Positions 35,417 to 48,408 of a stretch of DNA of 64,000 nucleotides are shown here, piece by piece (within the stretch, counting starts at the first letter, position 1; each line of letters begins with the position of its first letter). Origin of the DNA: Patellaria atrata CBS 101060. Lineage: Eukaryota. The notes beneath the pieces are model-generated. The model did no database searches and was not told where the DNA came from. It worked only from the letters and a program-made list of their open reading frames with translations. The DNA lies in assembly GCA_010093705.1 (NCBI GenBank), contig MU006104.1, forward strand, positions 248,001-312,000, in the 5' to 3' direction. The position numbers and the translations under genes were made by a program.

Positions 35417-38400
35417 GGCTGTTACAGCGAAGCACCAGAAGGTACGCCTTGCAGCAAGAGCGAACCCTTGGAATGTCGTGCTGCCTACCTAGACTAGGTA
35501 GAGGTGAGATTCAGCTAGTCGAGCATGAATTGGAGCATGAGAGATCATCAACAAGTGGCGCTCCAGTGGAACAGAATAATTGACGTGGACAAGGTGAGAT
35601 GTTTTTTGTTATTGTAGAATTATTATTTCAAACAAAAATATTGTGGTGGTGACTAGACAAACGCGCCTCGCCTACAAGGTGCGCGAGTTCACGATAGAAC
35701 TGCAGTATCACGAGTATTTTCACTTAACTTTACTTCACCTTTTATTGCACCCAAAAACAAGGCCCCAACACTCAAAGGGCAGCCACCCACCAGAACAGCC
35801 CTCTTTTTTGCTACATGTCTGCTTGATGGTCAAGGATTCAGAACACTGATTGTTTTTACAGCCTTCTGGGAGGGCAACGGCTCAGACGTGGACATGAAGC
35901 AGACCTGACAGCCAATCGAGTTTCTATATCGAGACTGAATGCGTTGGCTTCCCGGTTTAAATCATCCCTTCTTACAGTACTTACAGGTCTACGGGAAGGT
36001 GTTCAGTCTGAATAACTCCGAGCTGATTTCGATCCTCATGTCTTCGATGTATACTATTGGTAGTTAAGTTGAAGCTGCAAGGGGGTCCAACCTACAGCTG
36101 TTGTTAATCCCGTACTGAGGGACCAAGGGGACACTTCAAGTACAGAATGAGTAAACGGTACAGACTTGTTTCAGACATCGATAACCTTAAGCACAAGGAG
36201 TCTACCTATACAGTTTTCAAAGCACCACGTGGTCAGCAAGGTGGGCAGAATCCTGACTCTCGAATCATCATCCACCAAGTGGCGTCTAGAGATACCCCCG
36301 CATTATTATACCTGAGTCATTTTCTCCAGTGAATCTGTCTTTACTTATGATGTTATGGTTCGGCGGATCAACCGTATTTAGCATCATTAGAGATCTCCAA
36401 CCAGCAAGTTGACTCTGTCAAACTGAACTTCATGCATCTGCTCCGTTCCCGTCCAGAGTTCCACTGTTCCAGACATCAAGAGAGCTGAAAGTACAAGTAG
36501 AAGGGAAGTAGATTATACATTCGTAAGAACTCGTATCTGTAGCTCTAAAGCGTACGGCAGCTCGCCATGGCCGTCATGTGGGAGCTCTCGCGTGGGTTTG
36601 GCGAACGTTTCCGGTCTCACATTATAGTCATTATTGATGTCGGTAGGTAGATACTATCGAACATGTTGTACTCTACAGGTGTGGGATCACTGCATTGGGC
36701 TATCATAGGTTATTCAAGTTGAAACAATCTAACACAGACTTCAACAAGGTAAATCTTAACGCAAGAAACAAATCATTAAATCTCGGAGATCTCATTTGCC
36801 AAAGACGAAAAGAGCCCATAAATCCATCGAATCCCCCATCGGACCCGGATGATCTCACTCATAGTTCTTTTAATTCTTTGGAAGCAACAACCCCTCAGCA
36901 CACGCCTTTCGTTTTCCAACGTACAAGCCGGAGTAGAGCTATCAAACTATCACGGTCCACCAGGAGGTCTGGGGAATCTCCAGCATGAGGTTGGCGGCCA
37001 TCCTTGGGCCATGATCCGAAGCGTACTGCGTATATACGAATTATCTGTACGATTACTGGTTGGGAGTGAGTAGTGATAAGCTTTTACCCGCGCCAGGTGA
37101 GCACTACAGTATGAGTTTCAGACGATGCGGACATGCTACCGCCTGTTGGTTATCCAGATCGGGCGTCAGCACCCACTCCTATACCTGACTTGATTCTAGT
37201 GGTAGAAACATTTCGCCTTACCTAGGCCCTCTTGGGAAGCACGTGGGAAGACGGGAATAAGTTGGAAACCTTTAGGTAACCTCCGTACAATAACGGTACG
37301 ACTACATACAAGTAAGGTATACCTAACAGGCATGTTGAAGCATCAGCCATATGCACGAGATCCTCCTCAAGGTGACAAGATCAGCTCCCACATTATCTGT
37401 GTGACCGTACAGGCGTCCACTTTATTCAAGAGAAGCTATCGCAAGTCGAGTATTATTTTCGTAGAGATATAGGACTAAACACAGGCCACCCCACTTCGAA
37501 ATTTTGCCAAAAGAACGAATATCGCCCTAATGGAAAGAACCTTCTTTCGAACATGTTTCAGGATGCGCCAACCATGGCAAAATCTCCTAAGAATTGGCAT
37601 GATCATCCCTGGATGGCGGAAGCCATACAGCCTTGACCCAGCGGGATCCCTTATCGCGGGGATAAACTGATAAAAACCTAAGGTATCCGATTACTCCACT
37701 CACTAATTTGTTCCCAGAGATATGTTTTCGACGTCGTTCGGGATAACTTCCGGACAGTTGATCCCAGCTTTCGCGAACAGCCGCAAATTTTCAATCTTCG
37801 ACAGACATATCTAGATCAATCTAGCCATCGTTGAACAATTTCCCCATCAGTCAATTCAGCGTACCGGTACTCCGTATCCGAATTTATGGTGGATCTCCCA
37901 AATCGGAAATGGCATCAAAGCCTAAATCTTTCCGCTACGGACACGTAAACACATCGTACTGCACAAGCAAATTCTCGTTTCCGTTCTTATGTTGGAAATC
38001 CACTGTAGTCGATCAACGAATACCTTATCACTATCAAGGTGGCTTAAGGACCAGGCCAAGGGTGGCACAGGATTCCAACACGACGCTATCAGCATGTTTC
38101 TTGATATGCGCAACGACGGAAGATGAGGGGTCCGTACTGTGGGCCTATTCGAACGGTTTACGTGATTCTTAAATCATGGACTTATTAGCTTCCCCTGGAC
38201 AACTGCGAATATTGCGATCTTTCAATGAAACAACAGATCCTAAGCGTTGTCCACGCGGGTATTAAGATGATTACTGGCCAAAATCTACTTATGTCTAGGG
38301 CGTCTTAAGTCGCTGTTTGTATGCTTTGCGCCTTGGTGGTTAAAAACATCTTGGACTCAACATGTTGATCTAACGGATCCAAATGGAATCTATGTTTACT

Positions 38401-41060
38401 CGAAACACCACGAGCAACCATAATCGTTGGAGATCTGGTCCCAATTTCTGACACCTCTTACAAAAAGCGAATTACCGAAGAGACGGTCACAACACTTGTT
38501 CTCCATGATCAGCCTCCTACGCGCTGTCATGTGCTAGTACATGTCTGCCGCAACAGTTTGTCAACTTTTCTAGATAATCCCACTACTGTCTATCTCGGGG
38601 TAAGTATTCCTTCGAAGCAAAGCACGGGTTTGAAGATTTTTTCTGCATGTACTGTGTCTTGGTTTCATATTGCTTCCTACAAGACGTAACCATGCATGTC
38701 AAGCGACAATTAAGACATGATCTTAAGTTACACCACATTCCTCCACGTTTCTTGGTCTCGTCTCACTTCATCGTCCTACATATGTTTTTTATTACTCAAA
38801 GCAGAGCATCTTCACTAGTTCCACCCATGGCTTTTCCTATAATCGGTTCCCCTTCGGGTTGACAGAGATAAAACGAACAAGCGTCTAGTCATAGGTCGAC
38901 TTCAGAACACAACTCAACATCATTTTAATCGGTACTTGATCCAGATCTTCATAATCGGCCATAAAATCTTGCTACTACCCGCAGTCAACACTTCCATTGC
39001 CGATCAACCGCGACGAATACGAAGTAGCGTCGCCTACTTTTCGCTCCGCTCCATACCACTTCGAGCACCACGATCATCGTCTTACATGTTCTCGTAGGCC
39101 ACCTTAAAAGGACTAGCAGTAGATTCCGAACATTACTTGGACATTCCATGAGCTTCGGTGGATTATGACATTTCTACTTTGTCAAGCGCCTTTCGTCACC
39201 TCCAGGTAGATGTAAAAGGGCTATCTCTATACTAACACAGTTCTATCAACGTCCAAATAGCGTCTACTAGCGTCAGATCCATGATGATTGAAGACTATGC
39301 TCCAGATCGATCTACGGGAACGAAGCTACTGTTCTAAGTCAAACCTAGATACTATAGCTATGCATGACTGCTATTAATCGGCTTCTGGTAGTGTAAGTTA
39401 AACTTCGTTCTAACTGCCGACAAATCCAAACACTCAACCAATTGCTTGTAACGCATGACACGTTTTGTTTGACAGTTCGGAAAACTAGAATCAGGGGAGC
39501 TAAAGTTGTATGAAACGTGGCGGAAAAGCCATAAGGTTCTACAACCTCGGAACGAAAAATATCACCTTACTCTACACCGCAGATGGATACCTCAATCCTA
39601 AATTTTCAAGAATCGGATTTCAGAAAACTGTGACTTAGTATGAAATCAACAATCAACATTAGATGCTGCCTGGGACGGTGCTCTCTTACCACGTGGTACG
39701 CACGTGGGCGTATTTGCATGAAATGCTGCGTTACCGTATGAATCGCAAATCCAAAGCCTGCATTATACAAATCGGTAATTGAAAGGCGTAAAAGGTAGCC
39801 GGAAGCAGTTTCTGTTGACCTCGCAGACGCAATGTCACCCATTAAGTTTCATTCGGTCCTTGTTCTCCCTTATCTGTAGGTGTGCTACTCTTCAGACACT
39901 GAATGAAATCTGAGTTCAAGAGCATTCTGTTTCGGCGCCAAATCAGAGATAGCACCTGTACTATCTATAGATTTTCATTCCTCGTCTGCTTTCACTATCC
40001 TCTCTTGCTATGTTAGCCTTCCGATCAACTCGAGGGATGAAGTCCGAAACATACAATGTAGCGCTAAATCCACCTACGACTCTGATCTTTTCTTATGTCA
40101 CTTCATATGTTCAATATCTCGCAACAAGGCTCAGGTTCTGATGATGCTCACGAGAGTTATACGCAGGTCAATACGAACGAAGGGGTTACACATAAACTTC
40201 CTCACCATCTACTCACTTAAATTGAGCACGCCCATCGTGGACAAATTTCCACTTATGTCCCTTGATGTTTTAGAGGGATCTTCTTGCCTGAGGTATTGTA
40301 GTCTTTCTTACCCTCATCATCGCTTTTCATCCATTCATTTCCCATCGCTCTAACGACGTGGCTTTGCCCTATCTACCATGACGCGAACGTCTCTGCCTAA
40401 TTATCACCTAGCGTCAACGCGCACGTATTCGCTCTGACGCCTCTACTCCTTTTCGAAGCTCAACTGCGGCGCCTGCATGTCACAACCTTTTCTGCTCTCC
40501 CATGATGATATACTCGGCTTGCCATCCGTCAATGTATGGGGGATTGCAACTCCACCGTACGGAATGTTCGGGGTCTACGGATGTGTTCTATGTGGACGGT
40601 AGCAGCGTCAACGATGCGGGTCGTCAATCGCTGTGAACGACAATGATACGGTTGGGTTTCTCCGGGGTGTTCACGGTGAGATTACAGCAACGGGTGAGTG
40701 AGGAGCAAAAAATGTGTGTACTGTATAGAAACACGCCTGCGAAGAGATAGACCTGAATGGCCAGACCGTTTGAACTGCATAAACAATGGAAGTGTGCCAT
40801 TATTGCAGATATAATAGTACACCGCTAGATCTAGTAACCGTTCAGCACTCAGGGAGAATCCAGTGCAACCAGGGACGTACTGCTTCAGACCACCGTGTGT
40901 ACTCTGCAATCCCCACGGATACGCGCAAAGGAGCAAGTAACCCATTTCCGCATTCAAGAAGTTCCCGTCATCTAGTCATCTCATTGTTCTACCTATAATT
41001 CACCTCAATCCCATCTCAATCCCACACGCCGAAATACAAACCAGAGTTTCCTTCTTCGCC

Positions 41061-42170
41061 TCACCACGCCCACAGAAAACAGCGCATACTCTGGATCCCG
41101 AACGCCATCTCGGGCGCCTCCCAGTAATCGACCCAGCTGTCCCTTCCGTTCCAGTCGAAATCCGCGATGTTATCGCCCTTGCACTTTTGCTGTCTAAAGG
41201 AACATCAGATACAGGAGCAAAGTAGACGGTTGGAGTGATATCATGGGGAGGTTGCTTACGGGAAGACGGTACATGCGGATGTCGTCTCCGTGTACATTGA
41301 GCTGACGTGTCTTGCGAGGTGTGGTGGGAGGTCAACTTGGTAAGAGAAAGAGTTAGTTCTATTTTAGCATTCCGTTGCGACGCAGGATCGAAGGTTTGAC
41401 AATGAGCGGAAATTGGGTCGAGGACATACCGCAATCTCCATCCTCCACGGTGAGAGTCTCACAGGTTCCGCTGTGGTTCTCCCCCGTGCAGAGGGTGATG
41501 TCGTTCTTTGGGATTCTGTGACGGAACGGTGAGTATCATTGCTGAGTGGTGTGTATAACCGAGATATGGGAACTCACGCAGGCTTGCACCCTACAGACTC
41601 GATATCGTTCTCCCATCCGATTGTAGAGAGATCCTCGATGCCTGGGTATTCGTACCAAGCCAGGCCGGCGGGGCTGGTATTCACATCTCTGTCCGATCGC
41701 ACCGTTAGCTAAGAATATCCGGACGGACTGCTAAGAGCAAGGAAACCAGGTCCCCCTGAAAGTAGAAAGGGCGAGTGAGAAGCACACACCTGGCTACCCA
41801 GCACGTCCATTGGGGTGAAATCCAGAACGAATTGATCTTGTTCTGAAACCAAGGATCGAGGTTCCCTGGGATACGTTAACTGTCGTCCTCGACAAAGGGT
41901 TGGAGGTTACGGGCACGTACACGGTCCACCGAATATCCCTAAATTGGCGGTACACTGGCCGGTTAAATGGGTGCCTGTGCAGAGGTAGAAGCCTTCCTCG
42001 TGTGGATCACCCCATGGTCCGCTACGTCTATGTGAGTTAGAAATGATGGATGGAGTGAATGAGGAACGGAGTAAGTACCTATCGAGGGTGGAGGTGTGAT
42101 TTACGGTTGTGGGCGCGGCGGAGGAGAAGCTAGCCAGGAAAGAGAGAGTAACGATTATTGTGAACTTCAT
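41061..42170 (-). CDS. Secreted Cys-rich protein with two tandem beta/gamma-crystallin-like domains; 7 exons, 226 aa
   Basis: Exons 42170-42079, 42027-41921, 41865-41790, 41688-41578, 41515-41430, 41335-41260 and 41193-41061 total 681 nt, all with GT-AG introns. Signal peptide MKFTIIVTLSFLASFSSA and dibasic DRR site. Motifs FYLCTGTHLTGQC, WFQNKINSF, YPGIEDLSTIGWENDIESVGC, ITLCTGENHSGTC, ARHVSSM and FGIQSMRC. Confidence 0.85.
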
Positions 42171-45100
42171 CTTGAATCCTTTATCAATCACTTGTCTTCG
42201 AGTGGTATTTGAATCTTCAACTTCGGAGTTGAGTCGTTGTGTCTGCGGTTCTTAATAGGTAGTTCTGTCGAGTGTATATGCGCACAACACCACATGGTAT
42301 ATATATACTCGGTATCATTGCTGACAGAACAATATTCAAGACACTCACGCCCTAGCTGATACATTTTTGTGTCAAATTATCTTTGTTCTTCAGCTCCGAC
42401 TTTTGTTTTTGGGAATTTGGGTTTGATGCCCTGTCGAATACGAACAGCTGAGATGACAAGGAGTCTGAGCGTTGCTGAGCACAACCACGAGATTGAGGAT
42501 AGATAATCTTCGTCCAGATATCAGTAAAGGGATAATGTGTGGAGGATGACCATGGAATCTAGATTGTGGATTAATAATGTGCACTGTAAGCACAACTGCA
42601 CAACCATATCCCAATAATGCTCTGGTCATATCAAGTATTCGTGACTGTTCTCATGATATAAAGCAATACAACGTATAATTTGATGATCGTCGATAGTCAA
42701 TCCTTTCTTGGAGGTTAACATACGTTTCTCTCGATGGTTAACCTTAATACCCCGTAGGATGAACCATCAGCCGTAGACACGAAGTCACAGATTCCAGGCG
42801 TTCTTCTGTTTGTAAAGTTATTGATTACCTCTTGAGAAATATTATATGCTTCAGCCATGCCGTTCAAGAGAACAAAACACCGCAATATGATCCACGGTAG
42901 TGTTTGGATCCACGGTAAGACCTGAGGTTACATTCTACAGCTTCATAAGTCTCAAGAGACGGCATTCTAGCCCTTTGATCGGTATTTCAATTAGGTTTAG
43001 TCTCCTACGCATCAGTTCATATTCTGACCGGAACCGGTTTCTCCAGAACTTACTCACAAAGAGCAACCCCTTGGACTCTACCGCAAGCTGATCAAGACCT
43101 TTTGACCGGAATAGCTCCCGAGGTAACTGCATCTTCGTCCCCTGTCGACTGAGATTCGAAGCTAATGGAGACGGGAAAGAGACACCCACCGACATAGCAA
43201 AGAGGGAAACCGCGAAGCACGGCAACGAGACACCGCAATAGTACTAAGACCGCGGGTCTTTTTGCCGTCCTTACCTCAAATAAGCCCCTGATACGGACGG
43301 TCGAATAGTCTAGTGGTACGATCAAAGCCTAATGCTGCACCTGGCAAACCAATATCGAAAACTCAGGATTCGAGACCTAGTTCCGCCAGGTTGGGAATGC
43401 TCAATTGGACACAATGGAGCTGTATATGGTTGGCCGAGAAAGACCTTCGTGTCAAGAACGGTAGACATATCCACAGCGCTGTTAAGCTAGCATTGATCCT
43501 AGATCCCGTCAATATTTTTTAAAAACTTTATTTTTGGTCGTTTCATAGACAGTATCGTTGAAGAGGATACAAAGATGTTGGTCAGCATAAGAAGGAATTT
43601 AGCTTGGGCTGCAGGAGGGGAGTCAAAACTCCAACGGGAAGCACTATCCTACATCTACCTCTCGGTGATTCGTGATTCCTGATTGAAGTATAGTGACACA
43701 CTGTCTACTGAAGATGAATGTGATAAACTCTAGAGCTATATAGAGTCTTCATGCACATTCAACATCGCGAATACAGCAAAGAATCGAAGAGATGTACCTA
43801 ACCTTAACTACAAGGAGCAAACTGAAAACCACCGTTGGCTTAAGGGATGTGGTTTTTCACTGGCATATAGATAGGAAGCACCTCCGTAGGATATTCACCC
43901 CAATGGCCATTACACTACAGTAGTATTGGTTTTTGTTTTTTCCGTCATATACTACACCTGCTGTTCTCAATGATGTATGCACGGCTAGGACACAATGAAA
44001 GCAGGCCGATGATAAGAGGAACCCAAAAGAACAGGGAACCGCTGGATATTCGAGAAACACAAAAAACCAAGGGAATTGATTTTGCTGAGGCGAATCAAAT
44101 CAGAGTATTATAATTAGGAGATTCCGTCCTCTTCCAGTGTCAAGTGACGGGAGGATCTTTAAGGTAAGCATCCACAACCCGATGCATGAGCCCACGACCA
44201 GTTGCATCGCAGGAGGTTGACTTGAGCAAGTACGGCGTACTAAGGTACCACTGGACGAAAGTCCTTGAAATTCAAACCTAAAGACGAAGGGATTTTTGAA
44301 AGATATGATGGGATATGAGACTCGATTTCTGCAGTGGCGATTTGAGAGAAGGAAGGTACGACGTTGATGAAGAGGAGCAGTTATGGAAGGAACGGCGTAG
44401 AAGGGATGAGAGTGAGTTGGGCGAACTATATGATGCCATGTGAGACGACCAACTTGAGATAGCACACCGCACTGAGAGCCATTATTGCGTGATAAGAGAT
44501 CAAGCTAGTAAAACGAGTAAGATGATATAGGTAAGGAAAGCCGCGAGCTACTGTGAAATTTGAACACAAGAGCTGAACGAAGCCCACGGGTTGGTGTTTC
44601 ATTGCTCAATGAATTGGGAATATGCTTTCCTTACATACCGAGGTTTAAGACATACCTTAGACCGCCATGCCCGTTCCCTTCTTCTGTATCATAAAACGAG
44701 CTTCGAGCAGAATCTCACCCATCTTGCTCCCCGATGTGTAAATCCTCCTGGCGCAAAGCGTATGTTTACCTTCAAGGAGTTCGAACGACAGATCACCTTA
44801 GCATCGATGAGCGCTGAGCGCTGAGTATATGAATATTCGAACAGCGTTCCGTACAATATCCTGCGTCCGATGGAGCAGAGGTCATCCTGCAACCCGAAGA
44901 TTCTCATCGCATCGTCTTAGCAACCCACGAACTCCATCTCAGCAACCTCCAATAATCTTCCCATCCACAGAACACCCTCCAGCCGTCACCAAAAACCCAC
45001 CTTATCCACCACAATCCACGCGAGCGAAACGAACTTCAGGGAAACAGACGGGAAACCCAGGAGACACAAAAGTCGCACCTCACCGTTACGTTGCACCCGA

Positions 45101-46155
45101 ACCGAAGACCCACAAGCAGACGCCACACCCGCCGAGCATCCCGTTTTAGCATTACGAGGGGGGCGCCTAAAAAGGCTAAAACCAACTCCTCCTCCTCTCC
45201 CATAGGTATTCGCCATCACATAAGGTATACAACTACACTCATCGCATCTACAGTACTCCATAAAGTTGAACCGCATCCATGATCCCACGTAAACTATAGT
45301 ACATAGCACAGACTATTGTTGAGAAAAAGCTGCTGGTAAGGGAGTACGACAGGGTAGGACACGGGGAGAGATGGTGTGCGTCGTGCTACGTTACCGACGA
45401 GGTGATATTAAGGGCCAAGGGCGTTGCGCAGAGGTAACCATCGGCGAGCCTCCCGGTCGCATCGTGGGTTTACGTGTTGTGGATTGTTTAATGGCGTGAA
45501 GGATTGAGCTAAACAGATAATATGCGTAAGGTCGAAGTACTTTGTAGGGTTAGGCATGTCGAGTGTCATTTTTATTGGAGGATCGAATGATGGATGGTGT
45601 GGATGCTGGGGTTAGATCAAGATATGTATGTTACTACAGGAATAAAAGCTTGATTACCTGTTGTGGTTTGAGAGAACTGCAAGGTAAAACAGGGATTGGA
45701 GACATGGTATGGTATAACAAATCCTGTAATTAAGAGTCACTTGAGGATGGGCAGTGTTCACGATAAAACATATCAAAAGACAGACTTGAGCAGTAGACTG
45801 ATGTGTGTGCAATGTGTGTATTTTTATGAGTTGGCTCATATTGGCCAACCGGATTTATGCCAAACCAAACCACTTGATGAAAGCATGTAATGATTAAAGC
45901 TTTCACCTAGGGTATCCATCGCCAATGTAGAGCAGAGCATGACATTAATTATCCATTTCGTGATTCCTTCGCTACAAATGCAATTGATCTGAGATCAAAG
46001 TAAACAAAGAACAGGCAGCAGACATGGTCTGAATTTTTCCACCAAATAAGGCAACAGCAGCATAACATCCCCAGAAGTGAAACCTGAGGAAGTTTGCTCG
46101 TTGCATGAGAGAAGAGTAGACGCGTAACATGAGGCGCGATTTGAACGCGACATGT

Positions 46156-46641
46156 TTAAGCGAAGAGAAGGCCGGCCACAGCAATGGCAAGACCAGCGAC
46201 GGAACCGAATTGAGCGATGTTGGCCATGGCGGCACCTCCGGTGGGAGCTGAAGGACCAGAGGTCTCGGGAACGCCGGTTTCAGCGGTGGTAGTAGCAACC
46301 TCGGTGGTGGTCTTAGTCTTCATGGTGGTAGTCGCGATCGAGGTGTTTGGGTAAACAGGAGGAACGACGATTTCGGTGGTGATGGGAGGAGGGACAACCT
46401 CTGTAGTAGGAGGTGCGACAGTGGTGTTGTAGACTGGAGGAATCACAGTCACATAGGTAGTTGGAACCACAGGCACTTCAGAGGTAAGAGGATAAGTTGG
46501 AATGATTGTGTACTCAGTAGCAGTGCTAGCTGGGTTTTGAATTTGGCCATCGGAGATCTGAACGATAGGACCGACCGAGCTAACTCCAGTTGCAAGCGCG
46601 TGAGCAGCCATGGCGGCGACGAGAGCGAATGTAGCGCGCAT
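46156..46641 (-). CDS. GPI-anchored Thr/Pro/Val-rich cell-wall protein with one PIR repeat
   Basis: Signal peptide MRATFALVAAMAAHALA, PIR motif VQISDGQIQ, T/P-rich stalk with NTT/NTS glycosylation sequons, and C-terminal TGGAA followed by a hydrophobic tail. Confidence 0.9.
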   Translation of the reverse strand: MRATFALVAAMAAHALATGVSSVGPIVQISDGQIQNPASTATEYTIIPTYPLTSEVPVVPTTYVTVIPPVYNTTVAPPTTEVVPPPITTEIVVPPVYPNTSIATTTMKTKTTTEVATTTAETGVPETSGPSAPTGGAAMANIAQFGSVAGLAIAVAGLLFA

Positions 46642-48408
46642 GTTGATTGAGATGCTTGGGTTAAGCTGTTGTTGAGAAAAGAAGGAGTAGCTGAGATGCT
46701 TGATTAAAAGAAGATACAGCGAAGTAAAGTAGCGATCGAATTTCGTAACGAGAGATTTGTGTGGCAGGTGAGTGGAATGTAAGAAGGAAGGAGAGAAGCG
46801 GGCAGGCAAGAAGAATTTATGTAGACGCTTAGGGTCACAAGCGAGAATCACGTTTCACCAAGCTTGGAAGTCAACGATTGAAACAATAACCGCATCAGTC
46901 TCTTTAAGTGAATTGGCCAATGAAATTAACGGATAAGCTTCAGATACAAACGGCCAGCTAGTCTTATCAAACGCCCTCAATCAATTCTTTTAGTTAGCGG
47001 GTTGACCCAGAGCAGATTCTACTGTCAAGTGTCTTTGGTTCATTTGAGCCCCCGACATCGTTGCATGATGAAGCCGAGTCAATGCGCAAAAGAACCATAA
47101 AAAGAAAGACTCCTGAGAAGGTTTCTAAACGGTTAAGATGCTCAAAAATCGCAAGCTTCTAAAGAAAAACTTGCCATGCTTGCTTGCGTGGTATCAAAAG
47201 GGACCGTTGATGTTTCAAAAAGGAGCTCGCCGCTAGCGCCTCTCCCGGCCCCACTCCGATTCCTCTCGACCAATCCTCTCGCTGTGCCTGAATATAGTGG
47301 CACAGCTAAGATTGACCTTGATCCCCCCTGAATACAAGTAGATTTGATCTAACCGATTTCCAGGTTCCAACAAGCATTTAGATTGACCGAACAAGCATCC
47401 CAACAAGATTTCCCGAATCCAAATCGCCACCCGCATGAAACTTGTGTGCACACGACCGCTCTGATGATGCCGATAATTATCCAGAAAGGGCGCCTAGAAG
47501 AGCCTCATTTTCCCATGGTTGCGTTATCAGAAACCACGGTTCAACAATTATAATTGACAGTGAAAATTTTCCATCATTACCTTAGCAGGTGGGTCCATGG
47601 GGTACATACAGTACACAGAGCACGATATCCTTTCGCATATCAAGCAATAATAGAAGAATTAAGGAACGAGTATCGAATTGATTATCGCTGGGTTTCTTTC
47701 CGGTCGGTTCCCCTGCGCTTTCCCAGTTTTCCCTGGCGACTTTCCTTATCGGAAGGCGGAAAGCCACAAAAGTTAGGGGGTTCCCATCTTCTTCCGAAGT
47801 GGCAACTTGACGGCGCCGCCCAAAGTTACGTGCTCGCCGTTCTTGACCCACACCCCAAGGTAAACATGATATTGTAACATTTTTCACAAATAAACTCAAT
47901 AATGCTTCGTCTCACATCCATTCTTTCGAAAACATGAACTCTTCATCATTGCAATCGTAAAACGTGATGATAACCTACAATATAAGCAGAGAAGGAATAA
48001 TAGTAATCGCGCTTAGGAGAAAAGCAGATGAAAGCGCATCTTCCACTCCTAAAACTCCAAAACTCGCCGCCCCAAATGCAGATACACAGACGCAGATTAA
48101 AAATATAGCGTGGCGGCGTGAGCGGATACCTTCATCAAGACAGAGATGCCGACTCTTTGTGAGTGGCCCTCGTCTATCGACGATTCTGCAAGCTTTCTTG
48201 CCAACCACGGAGTCCTGAAACATGACTGTCTCAAAACGTGCATAACGACCGATCTGCACGCGTACCAAAAATGGCATCAAAAGTCATTGTGATAACCAGC
48301 ACATCAGCTCTTTGACCTTCAGATTTTCAATGCAGAAGCTTTAAATGACGTTCCTTTATCGCCTTCGCGATACCTATTCCACGTATTCTAACAATATCTT
48401 CACATCAT

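Noticed and set aside
2285..42078. Four in-frame, stop-free introns (2285-2359, 3567-3614, 28253-28312, 42028-42078) read through by the ORF track
   Set aside because: With over 30 short introns in the window, a few 3n stop-free ones are expected by chance. Nothing indicates functional retention.
45546..45555. TAGGGTTAGG (CCTAACCCTA on minus), resembling a telomerase RNA template or telomeric seed
   Set aside because: Single 10-mer, with no pseudoknot or CR4/5 element that I could identify. A covariance-model search would be needed.
46642..46851. Upstream extension of the PIR/GPI ORF to 46851
   Set aside because: Pyrimidine-rich 5'-UTR-like sequence; the signal peptide starts at ATG 46641 in good context (AACATG).
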